From an uncultured Opitutales bacterium (GTDB lineage Bacteria; Verrucomicrobiota; Verrucomicrobiia; Opitutales; CAZQIE01), in contig CAZQIE010000006.1 in assembly GCA_964593675.1 (NCBI GenBank), positions 2,449-66,448 of the forward strand: a stretch of DNA of 64,000 nucleotides. The letters are read 5' to 3'. The notes below the pieces were generated by a model that was not told where the DNA came from, did not search any database, and saw only the letters and a program-made list of their open reading frames with translations. The position numbers were made by a program, and so were the translations under genes. Of this stretch, positions 8,284 through 16,849 are shown in pieces. Each line of letters opens with the position of its first letter. The stretch's first letter is position 1.

Positions 8284-10094
8284 TGAAGGCGCTGGCTTCC
8301 GCAATCACGATTTTGTGCGCCCTCGTGGTGATGATCCCGCAGGCGCTGGGCGATGCACTGGTTACAAGCCAGTTTGACCCACCGACGATAGCCGCCGGGC
8401 AAGCCTCACGCTACGTGGTGCAGGTCCGTGGGACCACCGGGTCGGTCGCTTTTTCGCCACCGGCAGCGCCGGGGCTCGTTTTCGAGGGCACGCAGCAGTC
8501 GCAGCGTACCTCGATCATCAACGGAAAGGTGCAACACGAGCTGACGCTGGTGTCGCGCGTGCGCGCCGCCCAGCCAGGAAAGTTCACGGTCCCCGGCCAC
8601 AGCCTGCGCGTGGGCGGCGAGATGCTCAACGTTCCGCCCGCGGTCCTGCAAGTTGTGCCGGCGGATCAGGCGCCGAAACAGCCTGAGGATCCGGCGCTGG
8701 CGGCGCTTTCCGGCAGTATGCCGCAGCTCACGCTCGCGCTTCAGCAGGAAAAGATTTACGTCGGGCAGACAGTGCCGGTCAGCGTCACGCTGGTTTTTCC
8801 GTCCTGGGTGGAAGGGCGCCTTGAGCGGCAAGCTCCGGAGCAGGTCGGCGACGCCTTTTCGATGGGAACGCTTTCGGATGAGCCTGTCCGCGACGCCGTA
8901 AACCTCGGAGGGCGGCAGTACCAGAAACTGACGTGGGCATCGCTTCTCACGCCGCTTAAGGCCGGGAAATACCCCTTGTCCTTCAAGCTGGGAGTTATCG
9001 TGCTCGTTCCCAGATCGGACGACTTCCCAGGGGGCAATTTCCCTGGCGGCTTTTTCGGGAACGTGTTCGCAGAACAGCGGCAGTTGCCGCTATCTACACC
9101 CGCGCGCGAGATTGAAGTCCTGCCGTTGCCGGAACAAGGAAAGCCCGCGACCTACTCGGGTGCCATCGGTCACTTCACCCTCTCAGCCCCCGCGCTTTCA
9201 GCGACGCGGCTTGAGGTCGGCGAGCCCGTGACCGTAACGCTCTCTGTGACCGGGCGCGGCAACTTTGACCTGATCGAGCCGCCTCCCGTGCCAGCAAACC
9301 CGCTCTGGAAAACGTACGCGCCCAAAGCGACCTTCAAAGCCGCCGACGCCCACGGCAACAGTGGCACGAAAACGTTCGAGTACGTGCTCGTGCCCATGAG
9401 CGAGCAGGCGGACGCAGTACCGGAAATCCGGTTCAGCTACTTCGACCCGGAGAAATCCCGCTATGAGACGCTGGTGGCCGCGCGCACGCCCGTGCGGGTG
9501 CTTGCCCCGACGGTGCCGGGTGGCGGGAGGCCCGCACCAAGCCACACAGCCGTCACACCGGTCCAACGCGACCCCGCGGCCGCGCCGGTGGAGCTGCTCC
9601 CGATCCGGCTGCAGCCGGGGCGTACGGTCGACCGGCTCGCCCCGGTCTTTACTAAGCCCCTGTTCTGGCTCGTACAGGCGGGCGCGTTGCTGGCCGTGGT
9701 TGCGCTCGCGTTCCTGGGCCGCTGGTGTACCCGCTGGCGAGACGACAAGGCGCTTCGCGGACGCAGGGAGGCCCAGCGCGTCCTGGCCGCGGCCATCTCT
9801 GGCGCGCGTGACGCCGCGGCACGCCACGACATTGAAGCGTTTTTCGGTGCGGCCCGACGTGCCATACAGGCGGCAGCCTGGCACGAGGACGGCGCTCCCA
9901 AAGAGGCTCTTGCCGGTGACGAACTTCTGGCGTGGCTGGAGCAGCGCGGCACCCCGGCGCCAGCTTTGGAAAGTGCCCGCGCGCTGCTCGCGGAAGCCGA
10001 TGCTGCCCAGTATGGCGGCGTTACCGTCGCGCAACCCCAAGACAGCCTGCGGCGGCTTGAGCTGCTCGTGGCATCGCTGAGGACACGTTCATGA
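8283..10094 (+). CDS. batD: BatD-like oxygen-tolerance family protein
   Basis: About 603 aa with a signal peptide, repeated beta-rich modules and a C-terminal TM followed by a helical region. The ATG at 8283 overlaps the batB stop (TGATG). The ORF track starts 3 nt earlier at a GTG. Confidence 0.8.
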   Translation: MKALASAITILCALVVMIPQALGDALVTSQFDPPTIAAGQASRYVVQVRGTTGSVAFSPPAAPGLVFEGTQQSQRTSIINGKVQHELTLVSRVRAAQPGKFTVPGHSLRVGGEMLNVPPAVLQVVPADQAPKQPEDPALAALSGSMPQLTLALQQEKIYVGQTVPVSVTLVFPSWVEGRLERQAPEQVGDAFSMGTLSDEPVRDAVNLGGRQYQKLTWASLLTPLKAGKYPLSFKLGVIVLVPRSDDFPGGNFPGGFFGNVFAEQRQLPLSTPAREIEVLPLPEQGKPATYSGAIGHFTLSAPALSATRLEVGEPVTVTLSVTGRGNFDLIEPPPVPANPLWKTYAPKATFKAADAHGNSGTKTFEYVLVPMSEQADAVPEIRFSYFDPEKSRYETLVAARTPVRVLAPTVPGGGRPAPSHTAVTPVQRDPAAAPVELLPIRLQPGRTVDRLAPVFTKPLFWLVQAGALLAVVALAFLGRWCTRWRDDKALRGRREAQRVLAAAISGARDAAARHDIEAFFGAARRAIQAAAWHEDGAPKEALAGDELLAWLEQRGTPAPALESARALLAEADAAQYGGVTVAQPQDSLRRLELLVASLRTRS

Positions 10095-10840
10095 AACTTT
10101 CCAACCTCACCCGCTTTTTCTGTGTCCTGGGCCTGCTCGTCCTCGGCATGGTGGACGCATGCGCTCAGGAGCCTGCGTTCCGGGACGCATTTACCCGCGG
10201 AAACGATGCGTATTCATCGGGCAAATACACGGAGGCCCTGGACGCCTACCGCGAAGCGCTGAAGCAACTCCAGAGTGCCGGCGTGCACCAGAACATCGCG
10301 TCCGCCTATCAGAAAGCAGGGGACGTTGGCAGGGCGGTCCTGCATTACGAGCGCGCACTCGCCCTCGAGCCCGCAAATGCGGACGCCCGTGCAAACCTGG
10401 TCGCCGTACGGAAGGCGGCCGGCCTCCCTGAAGAGAAAATCGGGGTGCTTGAGCGCCTAGCCTACATGATGCCGGCTGACGGCTGGGCCTGGTGCGCCGC
10501 CGTGGCCTTCTGGGGCGTCCTGGCTCCCGTTGTGCTGGCGCGGGCCTGGAAGCTGCGCGGTGCCTGGCCGACCTGCCTTGCCGCTTTTTGTGCCCTGGCG
10601 CTGGCCGTCTGCGTTCTTGGGCTTCTCGGCTGGCACATGGCAGGTGCCCGGGGGATCATCCTGAAGGACACCGCCTTGAAGGTTTCGCCAACCGAAAACA
10701 GCCCAGCCGTGGCACCGCTTGCCGCGGGCGAGTCCGCGAGCATCCAGGAGCACCATGAGGCTTACTTCCTCGTGCGCCTGCCAAACGGCCGTGAAGGTTG
10801 GCTGGAAGCCCGCGTGTTCGAGCCTGTATGGTCCCGCTGA
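10091..10840 (+). CDS. batE: BatE-like TPR plus SH3b-domain membrane protein
   Basis: 249 aa with a signal peptide, TPR repeats (YSSGKYTEALDAYREAL, AYQKAGDVGRAVLHYERALAL), TM segments and a C-terminal SH3b-like segment (YFLVRLPNGREGWLEARVFEPVW). Confidence 0.75.
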   Translation: MKLSNLTRFFCVLGLLVLGMVDACAQEPAFRDAFTRGNDAYSSGKYTEALDAYREALKQLQSAGVHQNIASAYQKAGDVGRAVLHYERALALEPANADARANLVAVRKAAGLPEEKIGVLERLAYMMPADGWAWCAAVAFWGVLAPVVLARAWKLRGAWPTCLAAFCALALAVCVLGLLGWHMAGARGIILKDTALKVSPTENSPAVAPLAAGESASIQEHHEAYFLVRLPNGREGWLEARVFEPVWSR

Positions 10841-10855
10841 GCTGCCTGTGCCGCA

Positions 10856-12388
10856 GTGTTGCGTTTTCCGCGCGGCGCAGCACCTTCATCGAGTATGGCC
10901 CCGAATGAAGCGTACCAGAAGCTTTTGACCTCGCTTGAGCGCGTCGCGCACCTGGAGGCGTGTTTGGGAATACTGAGCTGGGACGAGCAGGTAAACCTGC
11001 CGGCGGGCGCCGTCGAAAGCCGCGCCGCCCAGCTTTCCGCGCTTTCCGAGCTCACCCACCGCGAGGCTACACGACCGCAGATCGGCGAGTGCCTTGAGGT
11101 CCTTGAAGCGCATCTCGGGCAGCTGGATGATGACCAGCGCGTCGTGGTGCGGGAGGCCCGCCGTGAGTACGCCAAGGCCACGCTCTTGCCCGCTGAGTTT
11201 GTGGCCCACCGCACGGCCGCCCGTAGCCGCTCCTATTTTGCCTGGACGCAAGCACGCGAAGCCGACGACTTTGCCGCGTTCGCCCCGCATCTCGCCGAAC
11301 AGTTGAAGATCGCGAAAGAGGAGGCGGCGATCCTTGGCTTTGGCGAGCGCCCGTACGATTACCACATCGACGCCCACGACCCGGGCATGACTGCCGCGGA
11401 AATCGCGTCACTATTCGAGCGCCTGCGAGACGGCTTGCGCCCGCTTGTCGACACCATCCTCGGCAGCAGCCGCAGGCCCCCTGCCCTGCAAGGGCGTTTT
11501 GCCGTCGAGGCGCAAAAGGCGCTGGCGCGTGAAGTCACCGAACGCATGGGGTTCGACTACCAGCGTGGTCGCATGGACGTCTCCGTCCACCCCTTCTGCG
11601 GAGGCTCCGCGGATGACGTGCGCCTGACCACGCGCTACAACGAGGAAGACCCGTTTGAGGCGCTGTTCGGTGCCATGCACGAGGCTGGCCACGGCCTCTA
11701 TGAACAAGGACTGCCCAGTGCGCCGCGCGGGACGGGCCTCGCCGTTGCCGCCGGCATGGGCGTGCATGAGTCCCAGAGCCGGCTTTGGGAGAACCAGGTT
11801 GGGCGCAGCCGGTCCTTCTGGGAACATTGGGATCAGCCGATGCGTCGGCACTTTGGCTCGGCCTTCGATGGACTGGACCGCGATGACATCCACTGGGTCG
11901 TCAACGCCGTCAACGCCTCGCTCATCCGCACGGAGTCCGATGAGGTTACTTACAACCTCCATATCGTCCTGCGCTTCGAGCTCGAACAGGCGCTTTTCTC
12001 CGGAGCGGTTGACGTGGCTTCGCTGCCCGAGGCCTGGAATGAGGCCAGCGCGCGCATCCTCGGTTTCCGGCCACCCTCGAACAAGCTCGGGTGCCTTCAG
12101 GACGTGCATTGGTCCGGCGGCGCGTTTGGCTACTTCCCCAGCTATACGCTCGGAAACATGCTCGCCGCTCAACTTTGGGAAGCGGTCCGGTCGGACATCC
12201 CCGACCTCGATGCGCGTATCGCACGCGGTGACTATGCCGACCTCCTCGCCTGGTTGCGCCGCCGCGTTCACGCGGACGGTCGCCGCTATTACCTCCGCGA
12301 GCTTTCCCAGCGCGCAACCGGCAAGCCGCTCTCGCCGGACGCCCTCCTGGCCTACCTGCGGCATCGCTACCTGCCGCTTTACTCCTGA
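10856..12388 (+). CDS. M32 carboxypeptidase (Taq-type metallopeptidase)
   Basis: It carries the HEAGHGLYE zinc motif, HPFCGG and IRTESDEVTYNLHI. The true start may be the internal ATG at 10895 (MAPNEAYQKLL). Confidence 0.9.
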   Translation: MLRFPRGAAPSSSMAPNEAYQKLLTSLERVAHLEACLGILSWDEQVNLPAGAVESRAAQLSALSELTHREATRPQIGECLEVLEAHLGQLDDDQRVVVREARREYAKATLLPAEFVAHRTAARSRSYFAWTQAREADDFAAFAPHLAEQLKIAKEEAAILGFGERPYDYHIDAHDPGMTAAEIASLFERLRDGLRPLVDTILGSSRRPPALQGRFAVEAQKALAREVTERMGFDYQRGRMDVSVHPFCGGSADDVRLTTRYNEEDPFEALFGAMHEAGHGLYEQGLPSAPRGTGLAVAAGMGVHESQSRLWENQVGRSRSFWEHWDQPMRRHFGSAFDGLDRDDIHWVVNAVNASLIRTESDEVTYNLHIVLRFELEQALFSGAVDVASLPEAWNEASARILGFRPPSNKLGCLQDVHWSGGAFGYFPSYTLGNMLAAQLWEAVRSDIPDLDARIARGDYADLLAWLRRRVHADGRRYYLRELSQRATGKPLSPDALLAYLRHRYLPLYS

Positions 12389-12459
12389 TAAAAAACGGGA
12401 GCTCGTTCAAAGTGGGGCTTCCGCCCGTCCTCCGGGCACGATCGCGATACCCGTACACA

Positions 12460-12559
12460 AAAAGGCCAGGCACCCTACGGCACACGCAGATCCTGGTTAC
12501 CGTTGCTCCCTTCCGGGCCTGGCGGGGTTCACCGGTCCAGCGTTGCATAGGACCCGGCC
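12460..12559 (-). ncRNA. ffs: signal recognition particle RNA (small 4.5S type)
   Basis: The reverse strand reads GGCCGGGUCCUAUGCAACGCUGGACCGGUGAACCCCGCCAGGCCCGGAAGGGAGCAACGGUAACCAGGAUCUGCGUGUGCCGUAGGGUGCCUGGCC followed by UUUUU. It has the conserved domain IV (CCAGGCCCGGAAGGGAGCA with a GGAA tetraloop). The GCAACGCU and GCGUGUGCCG segments resemble E. coli 4.5S RNA, and the ends pair with each other. Confidence 0.88.
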
Positions 12560-12689
12560 AACACCAGCCTCCTACACGTTACGGACGCTTTCAACTCAAA
12601 AAGCCATAAATCGTGGAGCCCGGAAATGGCTCCCCTGTCCGGGCAGTGAAGACGCCCCACGATGCGGGTGGAACTCGCAAAGACCCGCT

Positions 12690-12890
12690 CTAACGACGGC
12701 CCGGGCGCTCGCGGTCTTGCCGCAGCGTCGGCTTCGACGGCGGTTGTCCGCCCGCATCGGCAAGCGAGACCCGTCCGGATGGGTCTACAAATACACGCCG
12801 CCATTTCCCGCCGATCTGCACGCGGTGGAAACCGGGCGGCAAGGGCGGCAGCTCCTCTTTTGGCGTATCTTCTTTGGGGACCTCAGGCAT
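12690..12890 (-). CDS. possible small protein (66 aa), uncertain
   Basis: The ATG lies 3 nt after the stop of the upstream membrane-protein gene, and AGAGG/GGAG purine stretches precede it. Third-position GC is lower than in neighbouring genes, and the ORF overlaps a weak repeat-like segment. Confidence 0.25.
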   Translation of the reverse strand: MPEVPKEDTPKEELPPLPPGFHRVQIGGKWRRVFVDPSGRVSLADAGGQPPSKPTLRQDRERPGRR

Positions 12891-12895
12891 GGCTC

Positions 12896-13639
12896 CTACC
12901 TCTTCGGCGCGGGCGGGGAATCGGCTTCCTGGCCGCGGGCCTTATCAGCTCGCGTCATGAACATCACCAGAAGCACGAACATACATAGGATGATATTACC
13001 CACGGGCAGTTGCAAGGGGCGGGGCAGACAATAAACGAAAGTCACTGCGGGCACCCAGACCATGTTGTTGGCCAGCAGCACGGGCAACACCCAGTCCCGG
13101 TACCACCGCGTTCCGAGCCGCTCTCGGGTAGCCTGGAGGTTGTAGCCGCAGTCTTTCCAAATGTAGATCACGGTCATTACCGGAACAGCCCAGATCGGGC
13201 AGTACACGAACTGGTCAAAGACCACCTTCGCGATGACCGTGCCCATTGCATTGGTGTCGCCGAACATCATCGCCTGGGCCCGATACAGCAGGTCGATCTC
13301 GAAGCCCTTGTACGCCCACATGACGAGGGCCAACGTCAGGTGTCGCCAGTGGCGCTCGGAATGCCCGTCGGCCGTCAGGCAGCGGATCGCCCAAGGCAGG
13401 AGTCCCGCAAAAAACGCGGTGGACACGATGGAGTAGCCATAGCCGTAGCGCGTCTTCAGGTCAGCCACGCGCTCCAGCGCGGCACGGGCGGCGTCCACGT
13501 TGTAGTAGGCGACAATGATCGCGAGTGCAAAGGACCAGAGCACGACCGCCGGCACCACATTTGCGCGCGCGGCGACAAGCCCCTGTCGCAGTGCGCCCAG
13601 GAACACCCGTGCGTTTGCGGAAGAGGCGGCCCTGCTCAT
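12896..13639 (-). CDS. integral membrane protein, possibly Mpv17/PMP22-like
   Basis: 247 aa with several TM helices. The C-terminal NNMVWVPAVTFVYCLPRPLQLPVGNIILCMF resembles the Mpv17/PMP22 signature. The start overlaps the surE stop by 4 nt. Confidence 0.6.
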   Translation of the reverse strand: MSRAASSANARVFLGALRQGLVAARANVVPAVVLWSFALAIIVAYYNVDAARAALERVADLKTRYGYGYSIVSTAFFAGLLPWAIRCLTADGHSERHWRHLTLALVMWAYKGFEIDLLYRAQAMMFGDTNAMGTVIAKVVFDQFVYCPIWAVPVMTVIYIWKDCGYNLQATRERLGTRWYRDWVLPVLLANNMVWVPAVTFVYCLPRPLQLPVGNIILCMFVLLVMFMTRADKARGQEADSPPAPKR

Positions 13640-14424
13640 GACCCCAGGCGACCCAGCGCCCCGTAATCCAAAACCGTATGGCTGATCTCCCCGCGTTCGA
13701 GGCAGGCGACATCACAGTTTTCGGGCAGCGCAGGAGGTGTCTCGGGGTTGAAAACAAACCCGTAAGACGTCGGCGCCTCCCGCTGGAACAGGGCTCCGGT
13801 CTGCACGATCGCAGGCTGCGTGCGCACGATCGGCGTCTCCGGTCGCGTGCATTCCGGGAAGTTCACGTTGTGGACGGTGAGGTTTGCAACGGGTGCCGGG
13901 TGCTCAAGCACCTTGCGCGTGATCGCGGCGGCGTGGTTCGCGGCATTCTGCAAAGACGTCTCGATGTCCTGCGGGCACGCATTGCCGTGGTTCTTCCGGA
14001 TCTCCTCAAAAAGGCCGTGCGGAAGCTGGAGAGAAAAGGCAAGGGCCCCGAGCCCCCATGCAGCGCCCTCAATGGCCCCGGCTATCGTGCCGGAACTCAG
14101 GATAATGGGCATGCTGGCGTTAAACCCGAGGTTTATCCCCGAAAGCACCGCGTGCGGGCGCTCGGTCAAAAGGTGTTGGAGCGCGATGTTCACACAGTCC
14201 GTCGGCGTGCCGTCCAGCGCCCATGCCGGACAACCCAGGTGCTCGTACTCAGCAACATGCACGCGGCGGTACCGGCTCACGGCCCTGCCGATCCAGCTTT
14301 GCTCGCCCATCGGGGCCGCGACGAAAACCTCCAGTTTCGCCCGCAGGCAGGCTTCCACCAGCGCGCGCAGGAAATAGCTGTCTATGCCGTCGTCGTTTGT
14401 GATCAGTACGCGCCATCGCTTCAT
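13636..14424 (-). CDS. surE: 5'/3'-nucleotidase SurE
   Basis: MKRWRVLITNDDGIDS is the canonical SurE N-terminus. I trimmed the track ORF (to 14589) to the ATG at 14424. Confidence 0.85.
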   Translation of the reverse strand: MKRWRVLITNDDGIDSYFLRALVEACLRAKLEVFVAAPMGEQSWIGRAVSRYRRVHVAEYEHLGCPAWALDGTPTDCVNIALQHLLTERPHAVLSGINLGFNASMPIILSSGTIAGAIEGAAWGLGALAFSLQLPHGLFEEIRKNHGNACPQDIETSLQNAANHAAAITRKVLEHPAPVANLTVHNVNFPECTRPETPIVRTQPAIVQTGALFQREAPTSYGFVFNPETPPALPENCDVACLERGEISHTVLDYGALGRLGS

Positions 14425-14669
14425 TTGCCGCAAAGATGAAGCCGCAGGGCTCCGGCGGGAAGCCGAAAAGGACGCTTTTCCAGCACGCGCACAGCCAGGC
14501 GGGCATGAGAGGGAGGCTTTGCAAGATGCAGGGCAGTAACCGGGCGTGTCGGTCGCGTGGTGGCAGGAAGGAACTTCGTTCCCGGGCATTTCCCGAGAGC
14601 CGCCCTGCGGCGCGTTGGGAACCTGGGGTCTGTGACGATTCTGGCGCGGCTTAGGCTAGGGGAGTGTGC

Positions 14670-16205
14670 ATGAAGCCGGTCCCGCATTCCACCAGCACTC
14701 ACGAATCCTCCTGGCTCTTGGAAGGGCCAAAACACCGCTATGAGCCTCTGTCCGGCTCACTCACTTGCGACGTCGTTATCGTCGGTGCCGGCATTACAGG
14801 CCTTACCGCGGGGCTCCTGCTCAAGCGCGAAGGCAAGCGCGTCGTCATTCTGGAGCGCGATCAGGTGGGCTCGGGAACCAGCGGTTATACGACCGCGCAC
14901 CTGACCACCATGCACGATTCCGATTACTCCGAACTCGAAGACAGCTTTGGAAGAGATGGCACACAGGCTGTCGCCCGTTCCATGGCCGACGCCATCGACC
15001 GGATCGAGGGATTCTGCCGGGAGCTCGCCATCCCGTGCGATTTTGCCCGCGTTGACGGCTACTACTACTCCGAAGACCGGTCGGGCCTGTCATATCTGGA
15101 TCGGGAGTTCACCGCCGCCATGGGGGCAGGGATAACCGTGCGCCGCGTGGACACCGTGCCCCTCCCGTTTCCGAATGTCGGGGGCTTCATTGTGCCCAAT
15201 CAGGCCCGCATCCACGCCACGAAGTACCTGCTCGGCCTGGCTTCCGCCTTCCACGGGGACGGATGCGCGATCTACGGCGATACTGCCGTCCGCGATTTCG
15301 AGGGCGGCAGCACCGCGTGCGTACGGGCCGATGTCGGGACCGTACGTGCCCGCAATATCATCCTGGCGACCCACACGCCCCTGGGCCGCAGCGTCCTTCA
15401 CGCCGCTCTGTCGCCGACCCGCTCCTACGTCGCCGCCTTCGAAGCGGAAGAGCCCCTGCATGACGCCCTTTTCTGGGACACCGCGGAGCCCTACCACTAT
15501 ATCCGCCGCCAGCCCCTGCCGGGCGGCCGCGAATACATCCTGGTCGGCGGCTTCGACCACAAGACGGGCGACGGCAACACCGAGCAATCGCGCCTGAATC
15601 TGGAGCGCTATGTGCGCGAGCGGTTTAAGGTCTCCCGCCTGATCTCTCAGTGGTCCGCCCAGTTCTATGTGCCCGCGGACGGCCTGCCGTATATTGGCGA
15701 AGTGCCCACCGGCGGGTGCGTTTACGTGGGGACCGGCTTCAACGGCGAAGGCATGACACTCGGCACCGTTTCGGGCATGGTCCTCGTCGACCTCATTCTG
15801 GATCGGGCAAATCCCTACGCGACCCTCTACCGCCCGACCCGCTTCAACGCCTCGACCGCCTGCAGTTTCGTCTCGGGCGGCGCTTCCATGGCCAAGCACG
15901 TCCTCATCGACCGCGTGATGAACCCGCCCAGCAAGGTCCTGCAGAACCTGCCGCGCGACACCGGCCTGGTCGTCAAAGACGGCATTACCCCCCTCGCCGT
16001 ATACCGCGACGAAGCCGACCAGATCCACGTCCGCAGCGCCGTCTGCCGGCACATGAAGTGCATTGTCCAGTGGAACGACTTCGAGAAAACCTGGGACTGC
16101 CCGTGCCACGGTGGCCGCTACTCCGCGACCGGCGAACACCTCGAAGGCCCACCCCTCCAGAACCTCACTCCCGGCGAGCTGAAGGACAAATCCGAGGCCG
16201 CCTAA
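14670..16205 (+). CDS. FAD-dependent oxidoreductase fused to a C-terminal Rieske [2Fe-2S] domain
   Basis: It has the Rossmann motif DVVIVGAGITGLTAG and the C-terminal Rieske ligand motifs CRHMKC and CPCHGG. The ATG at 14670 is preceded by GGGGAG, and the track begins at the GTG at 14664. Confidence 0.85.
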   Translation: MKPVPHSTSTHESSWLLEGPKHRYEPLSGSLTCDVVIVGAGITGLTAGLLLKREGKRVVILERDQVGSGTSGYTTAHLTTMHDSDYSELEDSFGRDGTQAVARSMADAIDRIEGFCRELAIPCDFARVDGYYYSEDRSGLSYLDREFTAAMGAGITVRRVDTVPLPFPNVGGFIVPNQARIHATKYLLGLASAFHGDGCAIYGDTAVRDFEGGSTACVRADVGTVRARNIILATHTPLGRSVLHAALSPTRSYVAAFEAEEPLHDALFWDTAEPYHYIRRQPLPGGREYILVGGFDHKTGDGNTEQSRLNLERYVRERFKVSRLISQWSAQFYVPADGLPYIGEVPTGGCVYVGTGFNGEGMTLGTVSGMVLVDLILDRANPYATLYRPTRFNASTACSFVSGGASMAKHVLIDRVMNPPSKVLQNLPRDTGLVVKDGITPLAVYRDEADQIHVRSAVCRHMKCIVQWNDFEKTWDCPCHGGRYSATGEHLEGPPLQNLTPGELKDKSEAA

Positions 16206-16289
16206 CCCCGGTTTTTACGCTCCCGAAATTCCGGAGTACAACGGTATCAAGGTTATACGGAATCCCGTCGAAAACCGAGCAATCCGGAG

Positions 16290-16317
16290 TTGAATTTTTT
16301 GTAAACGGCGCTATACT
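16290..16317 (+). promoter_or_regulatory. sigma70-like promoter (TTGAAT-16 nt-TATACT)
   Basis: The -35 is TTGAAT at 16290-16295 and the -10 is TATACT at 16312-16317. The predicted transcription start coincides with the ATG at 16324. Confidence 0.5.
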
Positions 16318-16323
16318 GAAGCC

Positions 16324-16476
16324 ATGAACCTCACCAAGAACATTTATGACAAAGGATCTTGGGGAGAAGAAGTGTTCCGGCGGCAAGTGGAGAGAGCCGA
16401 GCGCATCACGCGAGCCCGGATCATGAGGCAGGCTCAGAGAGTGGAAGACAAGCGCCCAAGGAAGGCGCACCCCTGA
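16324..16476 (+). CDS. possible leaderless small basic protein (50 aa), uncertain
   Basis: It falls below the ORF-track size cut-off. My translation is MNLTKNIYDKGSWGEEVFRRQVERAERITRARIMRQAQRVEDKRPRKAHP. Codon usage is atypical (AGA, AGG, GGA, TCT) and the local GC content is lower than in flanking genes. Confidence 0.3.
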   Translation: MNLTKNIYDKGSWGEEVFRRQVERAERITRARIMRQAQRVEDKRPRKAHP

Positions 16477-16507
16477 CCTCGGTCCCGAGCGCCTGCGGGT
16501 GTGTTCG

Positions 16508-16580
16508 GTAGGTTAGTGGCTAGAGTGTGAGTGAGAGGAACAGTAAGTAGGTAGTGTGAGAGTGAGTGAGAAGTGAGTAG
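16508..16580 (+). repeat. C-depleted G/T/A tract with degenerate GTGAG(T)GAG repeats
   Basis: The sequence is GGTAGGTTAGTGGCTAGAGTGTGAGTGAGAGGAACAGTAAGTAGGTAGTGTGAGAGTGAGTGAGAAGTGAGTAG, which has only two C residues in about 73 nt. It forms two imperfect direct units (GTAGGT..AGTG..GTGAGTGAGA). Confidence 0.6.
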
Positions 16581-16849
16581 ACCGGACAGAATGGACACCG
16601 CCGGATAAGTTGAGGTGAGATAGACCCCAAGGGCCGCCCACGAGAGGGTTTGAAAGACCCGCCGCCCGCCGGGAGCTCTCAGGAGCCCGACGGAACCCGA
16701 CCTCTCTCCTGGGCGGCCTCGCTTTTTGCGGCGCAAGCCGCCATGACCCCTGCGCGGCAGAGGTGCCCGCTGAGCTCCGCGTGGGAAAAGCAAAAGGGCG
16801 AGCCCCAAAACGGTGCCCGCCCTTTTTACGTACAGACCCTGTGTTCCGT

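Noticed and set aside
12650-12745. Possible further degenerate copy of the repeat (CCACGATGCGGGTGG ... CCCGGGCGCTCGCGGTCTTGCCGCAGCGTCGGCTTCGACGG). A second possible copy lies at about 57650..57700 (GCTTGCCGCAGGCGCCGTCCGGCCTTAAAACCCACT).
   Set aside because: Only short, gapped matches to the core are present. I cannot separate this from chance in GC-rich DNA without a profile search.
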